Positions 13,251 to 27,001 of a stretch of 64,000 nucleotides of DNA are shown piece after piece; within the stretch, counting starts at the first letter, position 1, and every line of letters starts with the position of its first letter. The stretch spans positions 65,472,001 to 65,536,000 of the forward strand of contig NC_043003.1 in assembly GCF_006345805.1 (NCBI RefSeq), given 5' to 3'. This DNA is from Octopus sinensis. Taxonomy: Eukaryota. The translations under genes and the position numbers were made by a program. The notes beneath the pieces are model-generated. The model searched no databases, was not told where the DNA came from, and saw only the letters and a list, made by a program, of their open reading frames with translations.

Positions 13251-13369
13251 CAGCAGAAAGATAAGGTATCATGCAAATAATTTGATAGATATACAGATAA
13301 ATAGTTACTTAGTTGGGTGGGTAAATAAATAGATAAATAGTGAGATAGATCGACAGATAAATAAATAAC

Positions 13370-13390
13370 TAAATAGATAGACAGACAAAC

Positions 13391-13471
<81 letters not shown>

Positions 13472-13498
13472 TATAGATAGATAGATAGATAGATAGAT
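13370..13498. repeat. (GATA)n microsatellite
   Basis: Seen directly. Confidence 0.97.
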
Positions 13499-13821
13499 GG
13501 AGAGGTAAAGGGAAACATCATATATGCAAATCTGGAAATTTGTAGAGGAGTCACTGATGAATATATACATACATATATATTAATACACACATATATATAT
13601 ATACATATTAATACATATATAGTATTGGGTGTTACACGATAATACGTTCTTCAACGATCGATCGTTTTCCTTCATTCGTGTGTATATCCTTGGGAGATAT
13701 TTGTGAGTGTAAATTCGCGTGTGGATGTTCCTGTTTTATACGTTCCTCTGTGTTTGTAGATGCATCTCTATCCTTGTATGCATGTTTAGAGAGATTCGCC
13801 ATATCTGCATGCATACGACTG

Positions 13822-14300
<479 letters not shown>

Positions 14301-14403
14301 TAATCAAGGAAGTATATTGATGGGGGAAAGAGATAGATTGGCACTTATCTTATCTACATAGATACAGATCCAAGTAGCTACTGTGTTTACTAGAAAGATA
14401 GTT

Positions 14404-14434
<31 letters not shown>

Positions 14435-15644
14435 TATATATATATAGGGTGAGAGAGTTGGTATGTTAAGGCACGTGAATGTATAAAAACCCAAATAGAA
14501 TGAGAAAACTACAGAAGATTTCTATTACGTAGTTAAAGACTATATTTAAATCGTCATGTTAGGCAAATGTGTAAAATGCTGTGTATAGTGATATTGTTTT
14601 TGGAGAAATAACCGCTTTCGTGTTCTCTTTTCAAAATTCTCAAGTTTCTTTACCGATGTTGTGCCATCGCTTCGCTATGGTCTGATGTTTTACACACACA
14701 CATACACACACACATACATATATATAACAGAAAATTACAATATAGTAAGAACAAGTGGTCCTGAACATCATTATTTTACAGCTGTTCCTTCTTGTAAGAT
14801 GCAATGCACTCTTACTTAAATGCTTGTGTATCAGTATATATATCTTCAATGGAATTTTAAAATTGAAGACTATATTTAGTTTGGAAAGCACATACATTTA
14901 AATATAAACACACAGATCCCATTAACCTCGAAAAAGAAAAGCATAAACATATGTAGGAAGGGGCATAAAAAGTTTGAGAGACATTAGCCCTCTCCCAGTA
15001 AAAATATATTACGGTAAAATTTTATGTATATATGTGTAAAAGATAAGTATATGTGGAACGCCTTTGTATAAAACAATTGGCAATGGAGACAGATAGAAAG
15101 TGATGGAATCAAAGACAGCAAAAGAAAGGGAAGCAGATAGCGTTTATGAGGGCCAAAAGGAATTTTCTACGTACGGATCCTAGCCACATTGTCAATTAGC
15201 CAATTAGCAATTAACAGGTGGAACACGGGATGATCCGGGGAAGCATGTTACGCATAATCAAAATTCTGAAACAGAATATATAGAAAACAAAATACATTTA
15301 AGTCAAGGAATAAAATTTCTATTTAAAATGAAAGGAAGGAAGCGTCCAAAGGGAGCAAACATGTGTGTTTGTGTATACGCCTGTATGCTGTGAGTGTGCG
15401 TGCGGAGATGTGTAAATATTTCGAGAGAAACCGAGTCCTCTATTGATACATGTATATCTTCATACGTATACATTCTCAGAGATGCACACACACGGAACTA
15501 TACTTCTAAACATATACAGAGCAACTACTATCTATATACGTAAATACATATATAAGCACACTCTCTCTCTTACTCTCTCTTTCTTTCTTTCTCTCTCTCT
15601 TTCTTTCTCTTTCTCTCTCTGTATATATATATATATATATGTTA

Positions 15645-15842
15645 ATCCAAACATGAAAACACAAAGAGGACACGCAACAACGCGAGGACGTGAAACAAGT
15701 ATAGTGTTATTGGACGCTCAGGAAAGGAAAGAAAGGAGGATTTAATGTTTCGAGCGGAGCCCTTCGTCAGAAACATAGAAAAAGGAAAGGTCCAAGGAAG
15801 GGAAGACGGAGAAAGAAAATCGCCAACGATGCACACGCATCA
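15645..15842 (-). mobile_element. Penelope-like terminal remnant
   Basis: Contains a minimal hammerhead-like motif (next feature) in a pyrimidine-rich context on the minus strand. Family assignment is inference. Confidence 0.5.
15740..15774 (-). ncRNA. Minimal type I hammerhead ribozyme-like motif
   Basis: Minus strand GTTT-CTGACGA-A-GGGC-TCC-GCTC-GAAA-CATT-AAAT: intact CUGANGA and GAAA cores, 4-bp stem II (one G-U), stem I GUUU/AAAU; stem III palindrome imperfect (ACAU rather than ACGU). Confidence 0.6.
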
Positions 15843-15990
15843 CATATGTCTGTAAATATATGTGACAATTATTCGGTAACCATGATAATGTCTACCGAAT
15901 ATATATATACCTACCTATCTACCTACATACATACATATATACATACATACGTTCATACGTACATACATACATAAATACATATATATACAC

Positions 15991-16026
<36 letters not shown>

Positions 16027-16174
16027 ATATATATATATATATATATTATATATATTACATATATACATGCATATATCATGGCTACCGAATAATTGTCACA
16101 TATTGTATTTACAAATAATTCCTCTATTTACATAATATCGAGGCTCTCTTTCATTTTTTGTTGCCTTGCTTTTC

Positions 16175-16247
<73 letters not shown>

Positions 16248-16809
16248 TGTGTGTGTGTGTGTGTGTGGGTGTTGAGTGCGATTACATATGCTATTGTCAT
16301 TAGAAATTTGTCTCTGCTTTTATGAAAAAACTGTGAAAATAGAACGTCGTTTGGTACGATTACCAATTAAATTGTATCTTTATCCAGAACTCTTGTAATA
16401 CTGTCATTTAATCTGTAGTCAAGTTCAATTCTTACGCAACTTAAAAACGTTTTTTACAAGTCTGAAAGATACCAATGCATAAATTATTATCATTAACTGC
16501 TCATTCCAATTTTTTACAAACTATATACTACTCTTTGTATGAACATGTCGGTAATTCAGAATATTGATATGCTTTAAGGGGAGAAATGTGTAAAAGAAAG
16601 CTCATTAATTTTGTAGTTATCGCTATGTAGTTATGAATTTATGTCTGGATCCATGTGACTCCCCATTCTGTACTATTTTGCAGTACCATGGCTTTGAGCA
16701 ATTTGAATATTCGTGGATAGAAGATTAGGGAATGCCAGCCATATCAACTCTCTTACTGTTTCTTATTTGTGACTCTGTGTTACCTTCTTTCTCGCAGTCG
16801 CTTTTTTTA

Positions 16810-17085
16810 ATACACACACACACAAACACACACATACACAAACACACACATACACAAACACACACATACACAAACACACACAAACACACAAAAAACACAC
16901 ACACAAACACACACATACACAAACACACCCACAGAGAAACACACACAATACACACACAAACCCACACAAACATACACATACTCCAACACACAGAGAAACG
17001 CACAAAAAACACACAAGCACTCACAAACACACACAAACACACACATACACAAACACAGACACAGGGAAACACACACAAACACATA
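16810..17085. repeat. (CA)-rich degenerate repeat
   Basis: Seen directly. Confidence 0.9.
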
Positions 17086-17370
17086 TACGCGAGTGTGTGT
17101 GAGCATGTATTTTAGTGAACGGGAGAAAAGAACGGGAGTTATGTAATCACCCTCCTTACCTAACTCTTTTTCCTTTGACATTCATTTGATTTCCATTACG
17201 CTCTACACTAAGAGTGTAACACATCATTGTATGAAGTTCTTCAATTTGTTTATTAGTGTTATGTCTCAATGAAATCTTGATACATAAACGCACACGCGCA
17301 CACATATATATACACGTATGTAGGTATACATGCACATAAATGTATGTACATATGTATGTATATATACGTA

Positions 17371-17515
17371 GGGGTGGCTGTGTGGTAAGTAGCTTGCTAA
17401 CCAACCACATGGTTCCAGGTTCAATCCCACTGCGTGGCACCTTGGGCAAGTGTCTTGTACTATAGCCTCGGGCCGACAAAAGCATTGTGAGACGGAAACT
17501 GAACGAAGACCGTTT

Positions 17516-17549
<34 letters not shown>

Positions 17550-17598
17550 TGTATGTATGTATATATATGTATATATATATATATATATATATAGATAT

Positions 17599-17629
<31 letters not shown>

Positions 17630-17885
17630 ATATATATATACATACGTATGTATGTATGTATAAGTGTGTATATGTTTTTGTGTCTGTGTTTGTCACCCCA
17701 ACATCGCTTGACAACCGATGCTGGTGTGTTTACGTCCCCGTAACTTAGCGGTTCAGCTGAAGAGACCGATAGAATAAGTACTAGGCTTACAAAGAATAAG
17801 TCATGGGGTCGATTTGCTCGATTAAAGGCGGTGCTCCAGCATGGCCGCCGTCAAATGACTGAAACAAGTGAAAGAGTAAAAGATT
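17371..17885 (+). mobile_element. SINE family B, full length with internal microsatellite
   Basis: tRNA-like head GGGGTGGCTGTGTGGTAAGTAGCTTGCT...GGTTCCAGGTTCAATCCCACTGCGTGGCACCTTGGGCAAGTGTCTT, internal (TATG)n/(TA)n, tail GGCGGTGCTCCAGCATGGCCG...GAAACAAGTGAAAGAGTAAAAG. Confidence 0.93.
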
Positions 17886-17980
17886 ATATATATATATTAC
17901 TCTTTTACTCTTTTACTTGTTTCAGTTATTTGACTGCGGCCATGCTGGAGCATCGCCTTTACTCGAGTAAAAGAGTAATA

Positions 17981-18010
<30 letters not shown>

Positions 18011-18011
<1 letters not shown>

Positions 18012-18430
18012 ATCTTTTACTCTTTCACTTGTTTCAGTCATTTGACTGCGGCCATGCTGGAGCACCGCCTTTTAGTCGAGCAAATCGACCCCTGGACTTA
18101 TTCTTTTTTGTAAGTCCAGTACTTATTCTATCGATCTCTTTTGCCGAACCGCTAATGACGGGGACGTAAACACAACAGCATCGGTTGTTAAGCAATGCTA
18201 GGGGGACAAACACAAACACACAAACACACACACACTCACACACACACATATATATATATATAAACACATATATACGACAGGCTTCTTTCAGTTTCCGTCT
18301 ACCAAATCCACTCACAAGGCATTGGTCGGCCCGGGGCTATAGTAAAAGACACTTGCCCAAGATACCACGCAGTGGGACTGAACCCGGGACCATGTGGTTG
18401 GTTAGCAAGCTACTTACCACACAGCCACTC
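18011..18430 (-). mobile_element. SINE family B, full length, tail-to-tail with the previous copy
   Basis: Reverse complement aligns end to end with 17371-17885. Confidence 0.93.
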
Positions 18431-18769
18431 TTATATATATATATATATATATATATACGTATATGTATGTGTGTGTACCTGTGTGTGTATGTGTTCATAT
18501 GTATGAATGATTTATGTGTTTGTTTCTATATTTTTATCTATACCGAGGTTCTTTCTGTTGTGTCCACTTATGCTTTTTAACCTAACGTTTTGAGAAATAG
18601 GCAGCGATGAAATAAATGTCAGGCTGGAGAAAGCAAGTGGTGTAATTGAAATGATCGTCTAAAAACTGTGAAATAATTACATTGGCAAGGTCTCAGTACA
18701 GTCAGCAAAACGATACAGCTAATATTGCACGTGTTTACTATTTGTGAGTTTAGTGTATGTAGCAGTATA

Positions 18770-19030
18770 CGAGGTTTGATGAAAAAGTATCGGGACTGGT
18801 GCTATAAAAAGAAAAGTACAAACCTTATGATTCGAGCATTCAAACCTCTTCGAAGTAATCCCCTTCTAAAGCCATAGGCTTCATCCAGTGTCATTTCCAT
18901 TGATAGAAGAATTCCTCGAATTTCCTTTTTGTAATAGCGAGCCGCTGCCTCGTCGCATTCTCTTGGAGTTGCACGGCATACTGAAATCTTGTTTATTTCA
19001 CATGGGATTTCTTTCAAGTCTTGATTTCGG
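18770..19030 (-). mobile_element. Mariner (Tc1/mariner) transposon 3' remnant
   Basis: TA then a TIR-like CGAGGTTTGATGAAAAAGTATCGGGACT at 18770. Minus-strand translation RFQYAVQLQENATRQRLAITKRKFEEFFYQWK*HWMKPMALEGDYFEEV* matches the mariner transposase C-terminus (W..RW.KC+...GDYFE). Confidence 0.82.
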
Positions 19031-19468
19031 GGTCATATTCATAGACCCAGTGTCCAGCTGAAAACCGATATTCTTTTTAAAACGACCACACTCTACACAC
19101 TTTACTTCCAAGCACTAATATACGCAACAGAAGTGAGCGAGGACGTTATAACTAACTGTGCATTCTCAACACAGTTTAAGGTCAATTTGAGCCAAACGGC
19201 TTTACTCTACACTCTTTAGCTCCGTTACAATAGCTAAAGTTCCAATACATTTTGATCAGACATGATTTATCGGTTAGCATCTGCTAAAAAAAATTATTAT
19301 TGGGTGGTAATTTTTCTGACATTCGCATTATGATTTTTTATATTTCTAGTACTCCTCCGACACAATGAAATGCAGTACAAATGTGCAGTTGAAGGTTTCA
19401 TACTCTACTATAGAAATGTTGAGGTGTTATTTTGCTTCATTCAGTTTAATCTTACTGGATGAGTAATA

Positions 19469-19843
19469 GTTAAGTTAAGTTAAGTTATTTTTTTGGCTGA
19501 AAATGCAAAAAGCAAGGCCATGTAGGGGGACATGGAGTTATGTACAGGGAAGGTGTTCATACAAAGAGTTCAGGCCATTTCTGGTCAAGAGAGACTTTGA
19601 ACCGAGCGGTCGTCGGCATCTTCACTATCTCGTCCGGCAGCTTATTCCACGGATCCACAACCCGGACGAAGAAAGCCCCTCTCCTTCAATTGAGATGAAA
19701 TCGTCGCAGATAGAGCTTTTCGGAGTGACCCCGCAGCCGACACTCTAGAGCAGGAGTGAAGAACAGCTCTTTCGAGAAGTTACACTTTCCGGTTATGATG
19801 TTGTGAGCAAGAATGAGATCACCACGGCGTCGTCGTTTTTCAA
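19469..19843 (-). mobile_element. CR1-group LINE 3' fragment, diverged relative of the 44.7-kb LINE, (TAACT)n tail
   Basis: Reverse complement aligns with 48113-48470 with scattered substitutions. Confidence 0.93.
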
Positions 19844-21344
19844 ATATTACTCATTGCAAACGAAATTAACAGACGTATGCTTTTCTATTGTTTATTAATG
19901 ACGGGAATATCTTTTATCTTTTATTTGTTTTAAATATTAAACGGCAACCATCCCGGGGCACTGCCTTGAAGAATTATTAGTCAAACGAATCGACTCCAGT
20001 ACTTGTCTTTTTAAAACCTGGTTCTTATCCTATGGTCTCTTTTCATATATCTTTTATCTCGAAAGCTGCATAGTGAATTCTGCATTCTTGAATGTTAAAG
20101 TGGAAGCTGGCATATTTCATGACGTATGCAGAAATAATTTCTGGGAAAAATCACATGAAGCAGGCTAGCGTGCTATCCAAGTTGAGATTTAAATTTTAAC
20201 GGTTTGCTTAATTACTAACTCATTATCAGATGTTAGTTCTATGAATTCTCAAAACACTCTCATGAATCTTTTAGTTCCCTATGAAATGTTGGTTCATCGT
20301 CAGAACTTGTTAATATTATTAACCCTTACTAAGAACAATAGGGAGGGGAAGAGGAAAAATAATAGAAATTTATTTAGTTTTTTTTATTATTTTTCAACGA
20401 GAAATAACATAAAAGGGAGTCATGAAAGAAAAACTGTAGTTTCTTTTTAATGACGATTTCTCCCTTTGAAAGCTTTCTTCTTCTCATCATTAATAGAAAT
20501 TTTCTTCCTTGACTTATTTATATTTCGTTTTCTATATATTTTGTTTTAGGATTTTGGTAATTGTCTCCTTTTCAAGAATTTCTGCGGACTTTTATCTTGC
20601 TGAATTGATTCTAACAGAAATTTTATAGTAGAATGAAGGACAAATGAAATTCGAATCATAAGAAGGCGAAAAAAAAAAAAAAAGTATAGTTGTTAAGATT
20701 CATTTTGCAAATTTCTCTTCCTTTTGTTTTTCCTTGTTTCTTAATTTCAAATTTGTTCAGTTGCACAATATTCAATTGCATTAATGTCCACAGACACTTG
20801 CTTGATTTTTCCTTTAATTTCAAAATAGGACACTTCTCTCTCATCCTGGTAAAACTAAATGAGAAGTGCACGGAATGCAAAACAACAGTAGCAGCAATAA
20901 CGGTAACAAAATCCACAGCAACAATAACAGAATTTGGATAATTTGAATGAAATTTCGATTAGTTCAAAATTTGTTTTATATTTTCAATTATGACACATTC
21001 GTTGGCATTACAAATAAAATAATTCATAAACTATGACTAATAAATATCTTAACACGAAGTTTGGTACGCCGGCTTGAAATGCAAGCGCATATTTACGCGT
21101 GAAAACACACATTCAAGCGCTTATAAACAGCATACAGAGACACTGACAATCAAATACAAACAAGATACATTAGGCGCCAGACTAAAGGGTGTACGCCACA
21201 TCGCTTTTGTGTTCTCCGTGTTCTGAGTGATGAGAATTAATTTTAAATTTATGAATATATCATTGTATTTCATTGAAAATCGCAATATAAAACGCACACA
21301 TGTATATTACGAGTCTATGCATAGGTTTATATATGTATATATCA

Positions 21345-21522
21345 GTGGCTGTGTTGTAAGAAGCTTGCTTCCCAACCACAAGGTTCCAGGTTCAGTCCTT
21401 CTGCGTGGAAACTTGGTCAAGTGTCTTCTACTATAGCCTCGGGCCGACCAAAGCCTTGTGAGTGGATTTGGTAGAGGGAAACGGAAAGAAGGCCGTCGTA
21501 TATATGCATATGTATAAATATA

Positions 21523-21579
<57 letters not shown>

Positions 21580-21817
21580 ATGTATATCTATCTATATATA
21601 TATGTATGTATATGTATATGTTTGTCTCTCTCACCATCGCTTGATAACCGAGGCTGGTGTGTTTACGTCCCCGTAACTTAGCGGTTCGGCAAAAGTTTCC
21701 GGCAAGAAAAGTAGTAGACTGATAAAGTCCTTGGGTCGATTTGTTCGACTAAAGGCGGTGCTACAGGATGGCCGCAGTCAAATAATTGAACCAAATAAAT
21801 GAACAAAAGAATAAAAG
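21345..21817 (+). mobile_element. SINE family B, full length
   Basis: Aligns with 17371-17885. Confidence 0.92.
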
Positions 21818-22324
21818 TATATATGTGTGTGCATATATGTATGTATGTATGTGTGTGGTGTGTGTGTGTGTGTTGTGTGTGTGTGTTATTGGTAGAGGAT
21901 TATGAATCTGGGCAAATTACTTCAGAAGCTCTCTGCTAATACAAATACAGCAGGCTACAAAAGGTTTTCGATTGTTATGGAACTTCAGGTAATCCTAAAC
22001 TAAGACCCTAAGTTGAATTCCATCACCAGTCGATTTTATAAACCCATGATTGCAGCCAATATGATACGCTTTCACACAGTGTTGTATAAAAAAAGATAAA
22101 AACTTGTTGCATGGGCTCGGAAGGTGGTAGCATTTGTTAAGATCGTTCAATACTTTAAATCGATCAATCGACCTATTGAGTAAATGGAACTATAAATGTA
22201 CCATCTGTAATATCTGTAATAAGTGCGTATACTAGAGTACACTGCACTCTAGGTATTGAATATTAATCCAGTAAACGCGGTAGGAGCCAAATAATGGTTT
22301 CATATTTTTGCCTAAAATGTCAGA

Positions 22325-22520
22325 AATATTGAGGGGAGGGGAGGGGACAAGTCGATTACATCGACGTCAGTACATAACGGCTACTTATTTTATCGGCAAC
22401 CGAATGGATGAAAAATTGCAAAGTAGCATTCTTCGGTGGATTTTGAACGCAGAACGAAAAAATGAGCAAGAAATATCACTAAATATTCTCATCGACATGC
22501 TACAGACTCTGCTAGTGCCA
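22325..22520 (-). mobile_element. SINE family A, diverged
   Basis: GGGACAAGTCGATTACATCGACGTCAGTAC...GGCTACTTATTTTATCGG...GGATTTTGAACGCAGAACG. Confidence 0.7.
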
Positions 22521-23354
22521 TTGCCTAGGTATGAGTTAAATAATATTTATCATTAATTGAGACTGTGGAAGTTTTGCTTCCTTTTCATATCGCAAGAGTC
22601 TTCGATGAGATGGAATTTTCCATTTACATAGTTACCTGTACGCATGCATGCATCTATCCATCCATCTATCCATCCATCCATCCATCTACCCATCCATCCA
22701 TCCACCCACCATCGATGCATACATACATACATGCACACACATACGCGCGCGTGTGTATGAATATGTTTATAAGCAAGAGCGAATGGTTTGTGCAACACCC
22801 TTTATTGCATCATATTACAATCATTCCATCGCCACAATATCATAAGATCTTTGCCGAAACATTAATTTATAATGCATAAAAGGACACATTGCTATCATTC
22901 AGTTATATTGGTAAATAACAACTCTTAAAGCATAGATGCAAAGAATTTGTCAAATCGAAATATATTCCACAGAATACCTACATTAGGTGGATTCTGCTAT
23001 GAGCATTGCACTAACATACCACTGTTAAGAAAAATCAAATGAAAAAAGTAAATACGTTTCGTTTCTAAACCCAAAATTTAGTTCAACTAGCCAAGAAAAT
23101 GGTTTAAAAAATATGAAAGAATAAACACGGATATTTAAACTGATAAAATAAATTAACAAATAAATGGTATCTTACAAACCATTTTGTTTCTACATAGTTC
23201 CTATTTCATGATACCTCATATCTCTCTTTGCTAAAACAATTCGATTGATACTTTCTCTTTCACTCAATGCTCTTATCTACTGCGAGTAATTTAGACTTGC
23301 TCTATGCTAAAAACTGACAAGCAGGTTGTGTCATTATGGAAGAAATAATCCATT

Positions 23355-23600
23355 AAATAACTGGTAGTCTGTCGGTTACGACAATGAGGCTTCCAGTCGG
23401 TCCGATCAACAGAACAGCCTGTTCGTAAACTTAACAAGTATGTGGCTGAGCACTCTGGAGCCACGCGTACCCTTAATTCAGTCTTTCGAGAGGTTCAGCG
23501 GGACATAGAATGTGGCAAAACCGGACCTTTGAATTACAGGTACTGCTCATTATTGCAGGCTGAGTGGATTGAAGCAACGAGAAATAAAGTGAAATAAAGC
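23355..23600 (-). mobile_element. SINE family C, 3' part
   Basis: Reverse complement matches 30590-30750 (GTACCTGTAATTCAAAGG...TGCTCAGCCAC). Confidence 0.7.
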
Positions 23601-24267
23601 GAAGTGAAGTAATTAAACCAGTTCATCGGAAATCTTACGTAGGCCAATTACCCTTTCTACTAAGCCATTGAATAAATCTTCTAAAATTAGCAGACACACA
23701 AATACATATATACTCACAGATAGACATGTATTTACATACATACTTACACAGATGCTGGCCTTGTAGGAAACTTTGAAACCAATGTTAGTAACTCAAACTT
23801 TATTCTCTACAACACCGCCCTGATCTATATATCATTTTTATGACGTGGAAATTATTCTGACAGCATTACACATAAGATGTTGACATGAACTTTAATATAC
23901 CCCAAGGGCTTCGTCTCCATGTCATCCGTCTTCTACAAAAAGCACACACGTGTCACATCACAACTCCTAAGTCAGAGCTATTTCATCTCAACTGCTCACT
24001 TCGATGTCATACCAAACCACACAAGAGAAGAAAATGATCTCATAACATTCAAAATTTGATGAATAGATATTCAAACCTGTCCAGATAAACCACCTACACT
24101 CGCATATACCTCTGCGAACAGTAACTTTTTACTTGAATCGGCAACAGTAACCAAAGAATTACTATAATACGAAACATCATTAAATGTATATTAAACGGCG
24201 CTACTAAGTTACTCATGACGCGAGCCAATTCTGGCCAAAATATATTTAAGCTTCTAAGTTTATATTA

Positions 24268-24340
24268 TATAATATAATATAATATAATATAATATAATGT
24301 GATATAATATAATATAATATAATATAATATAATATATATA
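24268..24340. repeat. (AATAT)n pentanucleotide repeat
   Basis: Seen directly. Confidence 0.92.
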
Positions 24341-24564
24341 TATACATGTATATCAATAATTCCATATGTAGAACTAGATACATACACACACATACATATA
24401 AACACACACATTCTCCAACTACGTACGCACACACACACGTTATTAATGAAATAATCAATAACGTATAGTAACCACGATAAAATCAAAAATTAGAGATTAC
24501 CATAAAGTTAAAAGATAAAATACTGTGAGCAAAGACTGATGAATTTATACATAAATACATACCA

Positions 24565-25040
<476 letters not shown>

Positions 25041-25171
25041 TAAACCAATGAATTTATGTAAGATGCGACCAAGCAAACACTAAAATATGCACATATTTCC
25101 AAATGTACGTTAACTTATGCACACTATTCATTTGTATATCGTTATTATTGTTGCTGTTGTTGTTGTTGTTG

Positions 25172-25206
<35 letters not shown>

Positions 25207-25331
25207 TGAAAAGAGTTTGATTCTGCTGCATGAGTGTTAAAGTTTGCAGGCCGCTCTATAGAAGTCTGGCCCGTTCAGGTAATATATAGGTGTGTGTGTA
25301 TGTACGTACATATGTATGTATATATATATAT

Positions 25332-25424
<93 letters not shown>

Positions 25425-25960
25425 TTAATGAGAGTAGAAATTAAAATTAATTAAATGAAGATCAATTGAAACCAGTGGTCTAGAATATTTGAAAGATCCG
25501 AAGATTCAGAAAAATTATATCACATACAAGTAAGATGAATGACCGCTCGGTGTATTTCTAATATGCCAGAGGAAGACTCTATATGGTCTGGCCACTAAGA
25601 AAAATTGTTTTCAAGAAATTTCGACAAACGCCAGAACATAAAGCGAGCAAGGCAAATGGAAAGACTACACGAGACATCCTCACAAAAGAGGACATGTTTA
25701 CAGTTCTATCAGTTATATTTGGGGCTATATTTCAAATGTCTTCGGTTTGGTCCTCCGAAGCCGGAAATGACTCTGTAGATAATAATTTTCTGCAGCGAAA
25801 TTTGCCGATTAGAGAACATGATTATTTAAAGTTAATTAATGAAGGTAGAAATTAATATTAATTAAATTAATATCAATTTAAACCAGTGGCCTAGCATATC
25901 TAAATATCTGAAGTTTCAGAAAAATTATATTACATACAAATAAAAGGAATGACCACTAGG
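25425..25960. repeat. Two diverged ~125-bp direct repeats about 410 bp apart
   Basis: 25425-25550 and 25836-25960 share TTAATG..GTAGAAATTAA.ATTAATTAAAT...AAACCAGTGG.CTAG.ATAT...TCAGAAAAATTATAT.ACATACAA.TAA...GAATGACC. Confidence 0.8.
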
Positions 25961-26493
25961 TTGATTCCTATTACGTTCTGGCGTATTGGAAATTAAAAGA
26001 AGTAAAGGCTTTTTATGAAAAGTAACGATAGATATATACAATTAGATTAACTGAGGTAGGAATAAAAGTAATAAAGGTCATTATTGTGAATTGTTAAAGA
26101 GATTAAATAGCATACCGGTTTCATGAATTTAATAATCGTTGCTTTGAATTCACACCGATTAATGAATGGTGTCAGGTCTAGAGTAAAACGATTATGTGTA
26201 AGGGAGGTAAGCAGTTCTGGATTTGGTGCAATTAGTGCAGATATAGATCTGTAATATGAATGATGTATAGGATGTATGCATTACATACACCATACACATT
26301 ACGTTGTTACTTTGTTTCAGCCATCGCAAGAATCGACGAACATATGAAAAGCGGTGCATATAAAAGACGTATCACGTAGCAGTATGTCCTCAACGGACAA
26401 CGCCGGTCAGCAGACTGATGCTCGAGTGTTGCATCAAGTGGCTTCTAGCGGCGGGAGCCTGAGCTACAACGGGCTTGTAGCCCCCCTCTATCT

Positions 26494-26560
<67 letters not shown>

Positions 26561-26930
26561 AGTGTGTGTGTGTGAGGCATATATGAAGTGTTTTCATATG
26601 TAGACGCATATGACACATATTAAAAGATATATTCGATCAAAACATAAGTGGTAAAGCTAAGAGTGAAATAAAAATAGAAATAGAAAGGAAAGACGTGGAA
26701 CGCAAATATTTCATGTAGAGAAGTAGGGCAAAGTTTAACCACATGAAAAGTCCCTCTAGTCTTGCATTCATGTTTTATTGGATTGGCCGTTCAGAAAATG
26801 TATTTAACTAAAAAGAGAAAAAATTAATATTGATAGAAACAATGATAATATTATATAAACTCTTACAGCTCTAATCTACATTCTAAACACGTTCGTCAAC
26901 AATGCATAGGCAATTATATATATATATATA

Positions 26931-27001
<71 letters not shown>

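Noticed and set aside
17371-17450. tRNA-like A/B-box sequences here and at 10561, 21345, 28068, 30425 and 41340
   Set aside because: They are SINE heads: no complete cloverleaf, and each continues into a shared SINE body.
19503-19748. Similar ORFs at 19503-19748 (+), 37087-37392 (-) and 47932-48423 (-) that look like a small gene family
   Set aside because: All are antisense frames of the same LINE 3' end.
24205-24241. CTCATGA-C-GCGAG...CTGGC-CAAAA and similar partial hammerhead-like strings near 38850 and 41905
   Set aside because: Too many core or stem mismatches, or the GAAA half is missing.
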